DNA of 64,000 nt from Escherichia phage UE-S5a: the sequence record PP175015.1; one strand, written 5' to 3'. The number at the start of each line of letters is the position of its first letter. The first letter of the stretch is position 1. Shown piece by piece: positions 40,206 through 50,282 of the stretch. Both the position numbers and the translations under genes were made by a program. The notes beneath the pieces are model-generated. The model ran no database searches, was not told the DNA's origin, and saw nothing but the letters and a program-made list of their open reading frames with translations.

Positions 40206-40376
40206 TTAACTACTCTTTTTTAATGCCTTTACTTCACCATCTTTATACCAAGCATATGGTATTAAGATTTTGCAACCTTCTGAATCAATGTGGAATGCTT
40301 TGTTCCCTTCAACAGGTTCTCCACCCACGAAAGAACTAACCTTTCCATTGAGCCAGTGAATAGTAAATTTGTTCAT
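40206..40376 (-). CDS. small hypothetical protein (56 aa)
   Basis: ATG 40376 with AGGG about 7 nt upstream; MNKFTIHWLNGKVSSFVGGEPVEG...; below ORF-track size cutoff. Confidence 0.3.
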   Translation of the reverse strand: MNKFTIHWLNGKVSSFVGGEPVEGNKAFHIDSEGCKILIPYAWYKDGEVKALKKSS

Positions 40377-40437
40377 GTTAACCCTGTTTGAACCAATCCC
40401 CTTCAGAGAGTATTAAAGGGGACTGGTTCGGTTGTTG

Positions 40438-40599
40438 TTATTCTGGCGGCTTGTCACCACCGTGTTTACCACTGCATTTCCACAGGATAATGACAGTGAT
40501 GATAAAAGCTATGTATGGAGCCGACACGTCTATAATCCTGACCAGTAGTAGCATCAGGACTATAAACACTACCACACCTAGCAGCAGCTTCTGAGCCAC
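40438..40599 (-). CDS. small hydrophobic protein candidate (53 aa, GTG start)
   Basis: Hand translation gives VAQKLLLGVVVFIVLMLLLVRIIDVSAPYIAFIITVIILWKCSGKHGGDKPPE with two hydrophobic segments, 8 nt after stop of upstream gene; weak RBS. Confidence 0.2.
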   Translation of the reverse strand: MAQKLLLGVVVFIVLMLLLVRIIDVSAPYIAFIITVIILWKCSGKHGGDKPPE

Positions 40600-40607
40600 C
40601 TACCAGA

Positions 40608-41051
40608 TTAACTACGTTTAAGGCCAGCGAACAGTGAAGGTTTCGCAGCAGGTTTCTCTGCTGGTTCTTCAGCCTTAACCTCTTCCTGCACAACTTCTTC
40701 TTGTGCTTCTGGTTCAGTTACTGCTTCTTCTTCAGGTTCCGGCGTAGAACTCTCGTTCGGACCACCAGTAGAGGTCTGGATTTCTTCTCCCTTTACCTCT
40801 TCAACCACTTCTTCTGGTTCCGGTTCTACCGGACGGTGTTTAGCTTCCTGAGGGTTCTTACGAGAACGACGTGTCTTCTTCTCTACCAAGGGCGGAGTAT
40901 CATCGTTATGACTTACCTCTTCGTTAATACCAACGGAGGCTGTACCATCTGCATTGATGACAATACTAATGTCTCCAGCAAGATTGATTTGATCATCGAC
41001 ATAAGCCTGTACAGCAGCTTCTACTTCGGACTGGTTCAAAATGATTTGCAT
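40608..41051 (-). CDS. hypothetical protein with highly acidic Pro/Glu-rich C-terminal tail
   Basis: 147 aa; structured N-terminal about 45 aa then low-complexity acidic region. Confidence 0.45.
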   Translation of the reverse strand: MQIILNQSEVEAAVQAYVDDQINLAGDISIVINADGTASVGINEEVSHNDDTPPLVEKKTRRSRKNPQEAKHRPVEPEPEEVVEEVKGEEIQTSTGGPNESSTPEPEEEAVTEPEAQEEVVQEEVKAEEPAEKPAAKPSLFAGLKRS

Positions 41052-41052
41052 A

Positions 41053-41607
41053 TTACGCCTTTATTAAATTAAGAAGGTTTTGGAAAGCTGGGAGATTTAC
41101 ACCAGCGTGGATTGCACCGATTGCATCTGCTAAGTGCTCATTCTTATTCAGAAGTTTACCTTTTTTATCTGTGAGCCAGTTGGCTTCTGGATAGATAGCA
41201 TGGGCAGCACGAATCATCGTGTCTTTGGATGCAGTTTTATCACCGACCAGTGCAAGTTTATTTTCAATTGGGGATACTTCAAAGATTGGACAACCCAATG
41301 CACGAAATGCACCAATTAATCCTACGCATACGCCATAGGATTTCATACCGTTAGCAGACTGAGAGCCTACTGGTACTTCTACGAATACTGCTTTAGCAGA
41401 CCGTAACCATTCTTCACAACCAAGAAACAAATCGTGAGCGGCTTGTATATCTTTGGAGTTGGTTCGAACTTGTTTGTTGTGGTCAACTTCAGTTTGAACC
41501 AGTTTAAGTTCGACCTGCTCGAAGACGCCGGACTCAATGTCCAGCATCCCACGAGCTAAACCCCAATTGCGGAGACTAATGTCTGCACCAACAATTGGGA
41601 TTTTCAT
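41053..41607 (-). CDS. RuvC-like Holliday junction resolvase
   Basis: 184 aa; N-terminal IVGADIS acidic motif and C-terminal EHLADAIGAIHAG motif typical of RuvC/YqgF fold. Confidence 0.5.
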   Translation of the reverse strand: MKIPIVGADISLRNWGLARGMLDIESGVFEQVELKLVQTEVDHNKQVRTNSKDIQAAHDLFLGCEEWLRSAKAVFVEVPVGSQSANGMKSYGVCVGLIGAFRALGCPIFEVSPIENKLALVGDKTASKDTMIRAAHAIYPEANWLTDKKGKLLNKNEHLADAIGAIHAGVNLPAFQNLLNLIKA

Positions 41608-42404
41608 TAACGTTTACCGAACAGTGATTTACCACCAGCAGGAGCAGTACCCGTGCCAGCACTTGGTTTAGGAGGCAAGCCACCTTTGCCATTACCACCA
41701 GCAGAACCCTTGGTCTTATCACGGGTTTTACCCTTGTTCTTTTCTAACCATGCTGCATAAAATACAGCCAGTTCTGGGGTCAGTTCTTTCTCAGCCTTCT
41801 CTGCTTCCTGAGCCTCGACGACTGTGACCAGCAGTTCCGGGTGAAACACTTTCTGAATCTCGTTTACTTCACGGGTTTCACCGGAATCAACGTAACCGTT
41901 GTCACCCTTAACCTGCTTAGATTCCAGAACCTTTTCCAGGGCGAAGGTAACAGTCTGACCAACCAGGTCTACTGGAACCATGACAGATTTATTAACTTCT
42001 GCTTTAGCATCGAAGTCATAGACTTTAACAATCTTCTCTTCGAAGTCAGCTTCAGGCAGTTCCGTACCGGTAGCCATCAGCATCATGTCGTTAATGACGG
42101 TGTATCCCGGCAGGAAGTATTCTTTACCGTTCTTCTCGTAAGTAGGCTTATTGCCTTTAGAATTACCAGAAGTGAAGTACACCTGTGAACGGAACTCGCC
42201 AGCATCATTACCATCAGAACCTTTCAGGTTTTCAATGATTAACTGCATCCAGTCTGCACCAGAGTCAGCTTTACCTACGTAAGCTACTTTTACAGTACCG
42301 GTGTAGATATCTGACTCCTTTGCACCGAAGCCACCACCACCAAGGGAGTCTTTTACAGCTTCAACGTTTTTGGTTTTTTCTTTCAAGTTACTGAACAGTG
42401 ACAT
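41607..42404 (-). CDS. single-stranded DNA-binding protein (N4 SSB-like)
   Basis: 265 aa, same length as N4 SSB, position between recombination ATPase and resolvase, Gly-rich basic C-terminus. Confidence 0.5.
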   Translation of the reverse strand: MSLFSNLKEKTKNVEAVKDSLGGGGFGAKESDIYTGTVKVAYVGKADSGADWMQLIIENLKGSDGNDAGEFRSQVYFTSGNSKGNKPTYEKNGKEYFLPGYTVINDMMLMATGTELPEADFEEKIVKVYDFDAKAEVNKSVMVPVDLVGQTVTFALEKVLESKQVKGDNGYVDSGETREVNEIQKVFHPELLVTVVEAQEAEKAEKELTPELAVFYAAWLEKNKGKTRDKTKGSAGGNGKGGLPPKPSAGTGTAPAGGKSLFGKR

Positions 42405-42444
42405 AATATTTTTCCTAATAAGTGATTAACAACCAGGCAAACGC

Positions 42445-43197
42445 TTAAGCGTAGTATTCAGCCAGATGGTCTAAGAGTTTCTGGGCATCATTATCAATGT
42501 AAGTCTCAGACTTATCGAACATACCCATTGGGGAACGTAGACGTTTACCAACAGACTTCTTGGTTGGGCGAGTCTGGAATACGTGCTTATAACCTAAGTC
42601 ACGTTCTTCTTCGGTAATTTCAAGCATCTTGTTGCCATACTTCTCCAGCTCTTTAATGTCTACACGCTCTGCGTAAACCACTGTAGAGAAGTAAGCCTCA
42701 AGACCATTGTTCTTCAGAGAACCTTTCACTGGGATGAATGTTTTAATCACACCAGCAGCTTCGTCGAGTTCATCTTTGGCATGGGCAGTAATAATTACTG
42801 GCTTACCAAATTTAACAACTTTCTGTTGCAGCAGTATTTTAAAGAACTGTGCAAAATCTCCCCATGCCTTCTGAGTATTAGCAGATGGCAGTACATACTG
42901 AGATTCCAGCATATCCATCATGAAGGTAGCAGAGTCGATAATGATTCCATCAACATCGTCTGCCATTTCACCACCTGGGGATGCAACATCAAATGCTTCC
43001 CAAATCTGATATGGGTCTTCAATGTTGTAGGTATTGAATTTGTTACGGAAGGGTAGACGTTTGCCCGCTTCAGTATTCAGATATAGCCAGCGTTCCTGGT
43101 TCCTGATGTTACGCAGTGATGCTGATTTACCACTCGCTGAGAATCCTGCAATCAGGATTAGCTGAGTGTTCATATCATTGGAGATTTCTTCGGACAT
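42445..43197 (-). CDS. P-loop ATPase (RecA-fold, Sak4-like recombination protein candidate)
   Basis: 250 aa; Walker A GFSASGKS near N-terminus, Walker B-like IIIDSAT. Confidence 0.5.
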   Translation of the reverse strand: MSEEISNDMNTQLILIAGFSASGKSASLRNIRNQERWLYLNTEAGKRLPFRNKFNTYNIEDPYQIWEAFDVASPGGEMADDVDGIIIDSATFMMDMLESQYVLPSANTQKAWGDFAQFFKILLQQKVVKFGKPVIITAHAKDELDEAAGVIKTFIPVKGSLKNNGLEAYFSTVVYAERVDIKELEKYGNKMLEITEEERDLGYKHVFQTRPTKKSVGKRLRSPMGMFDKSETYIDNDAQKLLDHLAEYYA

Positions 43198-43253
43198 TAT
43201 TTTTCCTCGTTTAATTTAGGAGTCCTTCAAACCAAAGAAAGACTCCTGTTTAC

Positions 43254-45464
43254 TTATTTGCCAGCGTAGCGTTTAGCCACGGTGACCATTACGGTTGCAT
43301 TCAATTCATCATCTGGTAATGGATTAGCCAGTTTCTTATTGAATGTGTGGACGGCTTGCTGTACTTGAGCAAAGTCCCAACCACTGTCAACCAATGCCAG
43401 TGCGTACTTAATCATTTGATTATTACGATTACCGGAGGCAATACGACTAGCGAACCAACGCTCCAGATTATCCAACGACTGTACTTCCTTCATCTGGTTC
43501 TGGAACTGCTCGTTCTTACTAGTACGAGGAATAAAGTCACGCACATCTAACAGATTCGCATCAAGATTGTAATGATAGGAACCAGTCTCACAGGACATCC
43601 ACTTCTTGGCTCGTTGGTTAGCAGACTCATCTGTTTCAAATGGTAGCCAAGCCATAACGTTATTCATGAACTCTTTGTATTCCTCAGTGTCGAGGTGTAA
43701 CTCATAGTTCATTGGAATAATCAGACGGAAGCGGTTCTCTTCATCAGTATGACGCTTGGTGGTATAGGTCATGAACTTATATTCCTTCATTAGTTCATGG
43801 CACGTATGCAGGGGTACTCCACCATCACAGTCAATAACAATCATGTTAAATCCTGGGATAACATTTTCTTCAGAACGATGCCCATTCTTCATGTGATGGT
43901 TTACCCAGTGCATACCGGGAGCTTGGGTTAATACATGCAACTGGTCGAACGGTACACGTTCACCAATGTAGTCATAAGCAAAGCTATCACTATACGCCAC
44001 AATCATCTCATTGATGTCTGTCTCTTTAAGAGTTTCACCACGGAAGAACTCAATACCTTCATTGAAGGTCTTCTTAATGATGATGTGCTGCTTGTAACCC
44101 CATGCTGTAGCAAGAGTCATCATCTCATTACGAGCTGCATTACCACTCTTATAGAATGGTAAAGACTCCACCAAATCAGCATGGGTTACTTCTTTACCTA
44201 CAGAAGCAATGTACTTAGCCAGCTTCACATAAGCCTTCTCACGATTGAGGATTGTCTGAAATGCTGCTCCAGATTCTTCTACAAGCAGAATTGCTTGTTT
44301 AAGGTGGGTCATCTCAATGAATGAACTTTGGTCAACAAACGCCAGTGCACCTGCCAGCTTAAGTGCTTTGAAATAACGGTGAGAAATTTCAGCTTTACGA
44401 ATATCTTCATGGTCAGCCATAGCTTCTGCTTGCTTCTCACAATCAATTTTGTAAGCAATCAGAGCAATACCCACGGCATCTTCTACAACCATCTTAAAAC
44501 CAAACAGGTTTGGGTCAGCCAGACTATGGAAATGGTTAGCCCACTTACCAAGAGTCTGTACGTTATCTTGTTTAATCAGGTTACGGTAGATTTCTTCCGG
44601 GGTTAGTGTTGCATGTGCTCTCTTGTCTAAGTGACCAGTAGCAAACAGACAGCGACGTGCATACCCTATATCGAGAAAGCCATAGAACTGGTCTTCAGTC
44701 TGACCACCATCCAGCAGCTTACTCGGAGTACCGAACAGCAGCAGGTTAGTTGGAGTTTTTCCATCCAATTCTTCACCACGAACGCTTTCAGCAGTATTCT
44801 TGGTTAGCTTCTGTTTTACTTTTCCCTGGTCATATAACTCCAGGAATAGGGTTAGTACATCCATGTTAGCCAACAGGTTCGAACCAATTTCATCAATCTG
44901 AAGATTGATTGAACCACACCCAGCCATTAACAGCTTATGCCGTAGCTGTTTAACTGCTGGTGGAGTACCAGAGTCAAACGTAAACGGATATGCCCCGGCA
45001 CGTTTATACTCTGCTTCAACTTTATCAAACTCTTCCTGCTGGTCAGTACCCTGACGAGCAGAACGTTCGTTAGCAATCTTCCATAGACGATCATTTGCAA
45101 TGACGGGCATGGTGTCTTCCATAAAGCGTTTACGGAAGCCAGACATGAACCCGTCTTCAATGATATTTACTGAGTGACCTTTACCGAAACCAGATGTAGC
45201 CAACGCTATAGCGTAGATGTTTACCGGCAGGTCACCACGGTCTTTAGTTACAATGGTTGCACCCATGCAGGATGCCATTTTAGCCAAGAAGTAGGCTACT
45301 TCGACACGGAAGAATCCCCGGTCATTATTCTGGGTTTTATTGCAGAGCACATCTACGATTTCTTCAATCGCCTGATGATGCACTACTCCGGTAAGGTCAA
45401 TACTCATGATGGAAAATATCTCTCTCTTTGTTTGCAAATGGATGCGACAGGGCAGTATAAACAA
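43254..45464 (-). CDS. putative DNA primase / replication initiation protein
   Basis: 736 aa; NMIVIDCDGG resembles archaeo-eukaryotic primase motif I; position upstream of DNA polymerase. Confidence 0.4.
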   Translation of the reverse strand: MFILPCRIHLQTKREIFSIMSIDLTGVVHHQAIEEIVDVLCNKTQNNDRGFFRVEVAYFLAKMASCMGATIVTKDRGDLPVNIYAIALATSGFGKGHSVNIIEDGFMSGFRKRFMEDTMPVIANDRLWKIANERSARQGTDQQEEFDKVEAEYKRAGAYPFTFDSGTPPAVKQLRHKLLMAGCGSINLQIDEIGSNLLANMDVLTLFLELYDQGKVKQKLTKNTAESVRGEELDGKTPTNLLLFGTPSKLLDGGQTEDQFYGFLDIGYARRCLFATGHLDKRAHATLTPEEIYRNLIKQDNVQTLGKWANHFHSLADPNLFGFKMVVEDAVGIALIAYKIDCEKQAEAMADHEDIRKAEISHRYFKALKLAGALAFVDQSSFIEMTHLKQAILLVEESGAAFQTILNREKAYVKLAKYIASVGKEVTHADLVESLPFYKSGNAARNEMMTLATAWGYKQHIIIKKTFNEGIEFFRGETLKETDINEMIVAYSDSFAYDYIGERVPFDQLHVLTQAPGMHWVNHHMKNGHRSEENVIPGFNMIVIDCDGGVPLHTCHELMKEYKFMTYTTKRHTDEENRFRLIIPMNYELHLDTEEYKEFMNNVMAWLPFETDESANQRAKKWMSCETGSYHYNLDANLLDVRDFIPRTSKNEQFQNQMKEVQSLDNLERWFASRIASGNRNNQMIKYALALVDSGWDFAQVQQAVHTFNKKLANPLPDDELNATVMVTVAKRYAGK

Positions 45465-46384
45465 CGCTTAACCTGCCCCTCCACGACCTTGATAGCACCC
45501 TTGCCACCTTTTTCAGCCATGAAGATACGAGCAGATGCCATATCGTCAAAGTTTTTGGTACTTCTGGCTCCAGGCATATCTACCTTAGAAGCATCAGAGA
45601 AGTATTTGAACTGTGGCTCTGTTCGCCACAACTCCTCGTCAGTACATTCAGGAATTTCCTCTTCAGGAGCATCCCAGTACTTTTCGATGAGATGTATCTT
45701 CTCTTCTACCCAACGTTCAGTCTTATCGACAGATAACAACGGAATATCCTTATGCATAATACGATTAGCAGGATAGTTCGGATTGCTATTAGCCATGTGT
45801 TTCATGAAGTCAGTGAAGATGTAGTTAATACGGATTACATCCTCGGTAATGATGTCGTTGTGAATCCAACGGTACAAGCTACCTTGCATCTTGTGTTCAT
45901 CATCACGGGAACCAGCAACCCAGGAATAGGTTGAGGTAGACTTAAAGTCTTGCAATAGACCTTCTGTTACGATGTCGAACTTACCCCCGATAGTCCAACC
46001 CTTAACTACCCTGGTTCCACGTTGTTCAATGTAGATTGGGATAAGGTCAGGGTTAGCATCAAAGTCTGCTTTGGTTGGGTTAATGACTACTGCATCAATT
46101 ACTCGCTGAGGATAGCCCAGCTTCTTCAATGCAGTCTTATGACCCAGCTTCCAGGCTTTCTCAATAGAATCGTGTAAGCCAGTACCCATTGATGTGGAGA
46201 CAAAATCCATAACATCAATTGACTGGTCACTGAGGTCTACACGATGCTTCATGACGATTTGCTTAAGTGGCTTAAGCAGTGTGGTTACAGACAGATACTT
46301 AGGATTGTCTACATAATCATACTCGTCATGTAATAGCCATACAGCCAGGGCCAGCGAGACATCATGGTTGTTGGTTATCTTCAT
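45404..46384 (-). CDS. PD-(D/E)XK family nuclease (RecB/Cas4-like exonuclease candidate)
   Basis: 326 aa; GKFDIV...QDFK core motif, C-terminal Cys cluster CLYCPVASIC. Confidence 0.45.
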   Translation of the reverse strand: MKITNNHDVSLALAVWLLHDEYDYVDNPKYLSVTTLLKPLKQIVMKHRVDLSDQSIDVMDFVSTSMGTGLHDSIEKAWKLGHKTALKKLGYPQRVIDAVVINPTKADFDANPDLIPIYIEQRGTRVVKGWTIGGKFDIVTEGLLQDFKSTSTYSWVAGSRDDEHKMQGSLYRWIHNDIITEDVIRINYIFTDFMKHMANSNPNYPANRIMHKDIPLLSVDKTERWVEEKIHLIEKYWDAPEEEIPECTDEELWRTEPQFKYFSDASKVDMPGARSTKNFDDMASARIFMAEKGGKGAIKVVEGQVKRCLYCPVASICKQRERYFPS

Positions 46385-46851
46385 CAGTAAGTAATCCTGT
46401 ATCTATGCACCTGGTTCCAACGAATACTCTCTACCTCATCGAAGCTATAGCTGACTATGTTATCTAGTTCACCTTTGTACGCTACCTCAATGAACTGAAA
46501 GTTCACTGTTAGATAAGGCTTTCCATTCCCCGGGTAATGCCAGCATCTCCCAGTAGCAGTGATATCTGTGGCAGGTAATTCATCTACTAACTTCTCTTTA
46601 GTAAGAATACGATTAGCGTAATGAACCAATTTCTCACAGTCATAAACTGAAGTGTTTCCAGGTTTACCATTACCCATACGGGCAGCAGCATTTCGCCATA
46701 GAGCTTTAAAGGCACAACCTTCATCGAAGGTCATGCCCAGCGCTTGGATAATATCCTCACACTCTGCTTGGTATGGCTCTTGCTCTTTCCGTTGGGGATT
46801 CTTAATTGTAACTACATAGTAGTTATTAAGACCACCGGAGAGCTTAGTCAT
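46384..46851 (-). CDS. hypothetical protein
   Basis: 155-aa ORF, translationally coupled. Confidence 0.4.
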   Translation of the reverse strand: MTKLSGGLNNYYVVTIKNPQRKEQEPYQAECEDIIQALGMTFDEGCAFKALWRNAAARMGNGKPGNTSVYDCEKLVHYANRILTKEKLVDELPATDITATGRCWHYPGNGKPYLTVNFQFIEVAYKGELDNIVSYSFDEVESIRWNQVHRYRITY

Positions 46852-47156
46852 TATTCCCCCTTGGGAATCATGTTTGCCTGGAACTCTGGTTCAGACATCA
46901 GGCCCAGGTTGTTAATAGATAGATAAACAATATCTTTCAAATCAACTGAGGTATCGAAACGCTGATCCAGACTAATCTTCAGTGAGTGATTGGCACGAGC
47001 CAAATCTTTATAGGTCACATGAGGTTCGTCAGTGAGCAGCATTGTGTTCATGGTAAGCAGGGAGCCATCATCAGCTTTAGGAAGCTGGAAGATTACCTGT
47101 GCTGCCACCATCCAATGATACTTTTTGACTACAGTTTCTTTAGTACTTTTGGTCAT
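46851..47156 (-). CDS. hypothetical protein
   Basis: 101-aa ORF, translationally coupled. Confidence 0.4.
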   Translation of the reverse strand: MTKSTKETVVKKYHWMVAAQVIFQLPKADDGSLLTMNTMLLTDEPHVTYKDLARANHSLKISLDQRFDTSVDLKDIVYLSINNLGLMSEPEFQANMIPKGE

Positions 47157-49732
47157 GCGAATGCCTTTTGAATTATTTGATGAACTTCTTCTGGGGTAGC
47201 GTGATTTGGAATTTCAATCTCGTTAGCCCACGTTGGGTAAAACAAGGATAGTTCCCCACCCAAACCAACTTCTGGATGAGCAATATCAGGATGATCCTGC
47301 CAGTTAACGGCTTCAACCAAGTGCTTGTTCGTATACTGCAAGGTGTCCATGTTATCGCGAATCATGAAGTATTGGGCATCATGAATGTGAATACAAGGGC
47401 GTATATCTAACCTGAACTCACTGGTTCTGACTTTACGCATAAACTCTGAGCCAGCACGGTTATTCAGTAGACACCAGCTTTGACCTAATGCGTTACCAGC
47501 AGTTCTGCCTTCTGCTTCTGCTTCATATGGAGTCTTACATGTCCCACGTAATACCTGAGCCAGTAAAGGAGTACGCACTCTCAAACCAAATGCAGCAGTT
47601 ACATAACCAGTCTTAGCAGCTTCATCTAGCTTAGCCTGAACCCACATATCACTAACTACATAGAGATCGTGATAACGTTTCTCTGTAGTCTTAGCCTTCT
47701 CTTCGGAGAAGCCACAGTTTTTCATTAAGCCCATATAAGTACCACCATAGGTAAGTAAGAAGGTTGGAGCCTTCGAGTCACTACGCAATGATTTGTACTT
47801 ATGCTGAATGGAGTTAATGGATTCTACTGTGTCTTCAATGTCTGGCATCTGCTCACCAAAATAAGCATATGCGCGAAGACTATGACCGTCATAACCATCG
47901 GTATATACCTTAAGCTTCTGTGGGTCTTTAGTCGTCAGTGCAGAGATTCTGTCTTCCAGCGAGGCGAAATCCAAGCCGCAAAATATCCAGCCTGGAGGAG
48001 CTTCGAAGCATTTCTTAATCTTCTTGGCATATTTAGAGCCGGATGGAATTGTTTGTAGATTTGGCTCTGAAGCCGATAACCTACCGGAGACTGTGCCTCC
48101 CAGATTGAGGTTACCGAACAGGTAGTGCCAGCCATCTGGTCCCGGTTGGGCATTCCTGAAAGCTGGTATAAAGCTAGTGATAATCTTATCCACGAGCTTA
48201 TAGTCGATAAGTGCATTGAGCAGTTCCTTAACATCTTCACTCTGCGTATGTGTACGCAGTGCTTTAATAGTGTCACCGTCAGTAGCAGGTTGCTTGCTCT
48301 TAGTAAGACCAAGAACCGGTAAGCCGATATAATCAAATAACAACTTCTGTAGTTGTGGACCAGAGTTAGGATTAAACTCGATGTCACAATCAGCCAGTGT
48401 TACCTGTTTCTTTTTCAACTTAGCATTCTTATCGTCTACCCATTCCTGACGAAGCATCAGGGTAAAGTTCTTCATGAGGTTAGACTCACGAATAGTTTTC
48501 AGAGCCTGGTTCCTGTCAGTTTCCATTTCTTCAGCTACTTGGTTAACGGTTTCCATATTCATGGGCATACCGGTTAACTGCATCTGAATAATGTCTTCAC
48601 AGGCTGGTTTAAAGATGTTGTTGTAAACATCTAGTTGGTCATCGGCAATGAGAGTATCCCAGTGCTTCTCATAAGTGTACCAAGTACACAATCCATCAAT
48701 GAGGTTGTAGCGTAGCAATTGCTCATTGGGTATAAGACGTATGTCTTTAATATCATCCTGAGCATAGTTACCAGCATATTCCTGAGCCTGGTCTTTCAGA
48801 CTAAGGTGATTACCAGCACAACTGTTAGTAGCCAAGTAGGTAATTAACTTAGTACAGTCCCAATTGCGTAGCATGATCTCCATGCCGTGCAGTAAGCCTT
48901 CCGTATCAATCAGGTTATCCATGAACAGCTGATAGATAAGTATGTACACGTCATAGCTAATGTTGTGATACATCTGCCGTTGGGTGTACTTAATGAAGAA
49001 CTCACGCAGAAGGTTTCGAACAATATCATTACGGTTGATACGCCCGTATGGTGCTTCTGTAGCCCCAGGAATTGGCTCGTAGTCCACATTAAAGGCTATG
49101 CCTTGTGTCTTACTCCAACAGAATGTAATTGTTCCTATACCAGCGTTATAATGCTTTAAACCGAATGCTTCGATGTCTATAGCCAAAGGCTTATTCATCT
49201 CAAGCAACTGGTCTAACCAGGCTTTAATCTTCTCAGGAGTATCTGGATAGGCTTCAAACTCAATGATTCCCTGACCTGGTTCAGCATACTGCCCACGTAT
49301 ATGGTTGAGTAATGCATCCATACCCTGAGCAATCTTGGATTTCACTACAGGTGGGTCATAAAATACCTGCCTGTAGCTAGGCGTATAGATAACCTTCTGC
49401 TTACCCCATACTGAGTCACAAACATAGCCGAGGTTAGCCTCTGCTTTAGCTTCCTTAGTCAGTATTTTAAAGTAGTCAGAATCGGTACAGATAATGTATT
49501 GAGTTTCCGCATCATCCAGTACTTGTTGCAGTTCCTGCTGTATGAACTCCTTAATCTCCCTTGCAGGAGTCTTCTTCTTGCCTGGAGCAGAATGAAGTTC
49601 AATGAAGATGAAGTCTTCCATGCTTAGGTCATAAGGCAGCAGGTAGGTTTTAATCATCTCCTCCCTTCGGATTTGATGACCGAGGATAGCAATAGGATAC
49701 TTACCAGTATCCTGAGAGGTGATGTAACGCAT
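47153..49732 (-). CDS. DNA polymerase, family A (Pol I-like) with 3-prime-5-prime exonuclease domain
   Basis: 859 aa; exo motif LAIDIEAFGL; motif A GLDFASLEDRI; motif B RSDSKAPTFLLTYGG; motif C IHIHDAQ. Confidence 0.85.
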   Translation of the reverse strand: MRYITSQDTGKYPIAILGHQIRREEMIKTYLLPYDLSMEDFIFIELHSAPGKKKTPAREIKEFIQQELQQVLDDAETQYIICTDSDYFKILTKEAKAEANLGYVCDSVWGKQKVIYTPSYRQVFYDPPVVKSKIAQGMDALLNHIRGQYAEPGQGIIEFEAYPDTPEKIKAWLDQLLEMNKPLAIDIEAFGLKHYNAGIGTITFCWSKTQGIAFNVDYEPIPGATEAPYGRINRNDIVRNLLREFFIKYTQRQMYHNISYDVYILIYQLFMDNLIDTEGLLHGMEIMLRNWDCTKLITYLATNSCAGNHLSLKDQAQEYAGNYAQDDIKDIRLIPNEQLLRYNLIDGLCTWYTYEKHWDTLIADDQLDVYNNIFKPACEDIIQMQLTGMPMNMETVNQVAEEMETDRNQALKTIRESNLMKNFTLMLRQEWVDDKNAKLKKKQVTLADCDIEFNPNSGPQLQKLLFDYIGLPVLGLTKSKQPATDGDTIKALRTHTQSEDVKELLNALIDYKLVDKIITSFIPAFRNAQPGPDGWHYLFGNLNLGGTVSGRLSASEPNLQTIPSGSKYAKKIKKCFEAPPGWIFCGLDFASLEDRISALTTKDPQKLKVYTDGYDGHSLRAYAYFGEQMPDIEDTVESINSIQHKYKSLRSDSKAPTFLLTYGGTYMGLMKNCGFSEEKAKTTEKRYHDLYVVSDMWVQAKLDEAAKTGYVTAAFGLRVRTPLLAQVLRGTCKTPYEAEAEGRTAGNALGQSWCLLNNRAGSEFMRKVRTSEFRLDIRPCIHIHDAQYFMIRDNMDTLQYTNKHLVEAVNWQDHPDIAHPEVGLGGELSLFYPTWANEIEIPNHATPEEVHQIIQKAFA

Positions 49733-49741
49733 AGCTTTACC

Positions 49742-50272
49742 TTAGAAAATCAGATGGGAAGCTGCATAGTACTCAATAGAAGGCAGAATCTTCTCATACT
49801 GCTTAATTGCCATAGCATCACCAGCAAGTGTCCAGGCTGCTTCACGAATACGTGGCAGTTCCTTGTACTTACCAGTCTGGTCTTGGGCTACCAGACACTC
49901 AGGTAAAGCATCACGTACATCCTGATAGGACATACAACCACGAACCAGACGATATACAGTCTGGTTCACAAGGTGTACTTCCATAATCAAACGACTGGAG
50001 GCTTTCAGATACTTGTCCATTGCAGGCCATAGTTCTGGATTAAGAGTTAGCCGCTCACCGTAGGTGGGAGGTCTGGTAGCATTAGAACGCTGATAGAACT
50101 CTCCCTGGTGAAGGAATCCAGCCGATACATCTACACCGTTAATACGGTCATTCTTATCAATAATACTGTTTAACACACCATCAAGACGAACCAGTTCTGC
50201 TAAGAACAGATGCTTGACTATCTCGCTACTATTGGCAACCTGACCAATAGTCGCTGAACCAATCTGAGGCAT
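49742..50272 (-). CDS. hypothetical protein
   Basis: 176-aa ORF between helicase and polymerase. Confidence 0.4.
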   Translation of the reverse strand: MPQIGSATIGQVANSSEIVKHLFLAELVRLDGVLNSIIDKNDRINGVDVSAGFLHQGEFYQRSNATRPPTYGERLTLNPELWPAMDKYLKASSRLIMEVHLVNQTVYRLVRGCMSYQDVRDALPECLVAQDQTGKYKELPRIREAAWTLAGDAMAIKQYEKILPSIEYYAASHLIF

Positions 50273-50282
50273 ATATCCTCCC

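Noticed and set aside
40388-40693. Overlapping 68-aa (+) and 75-aa (-) track ORFs
   Set aside because: Neither has an RBS or protein-like composition; a different minus-strand frame gives a more plausible small hydrophobic ORF (40438..40599)
45174-45776. 200-aa + strand ORF overlapping the primase-like and nuclease genes
   Set aside because: Antisense to two well-supported minus-strand genes, no RBS, composition typical of a shadow frame
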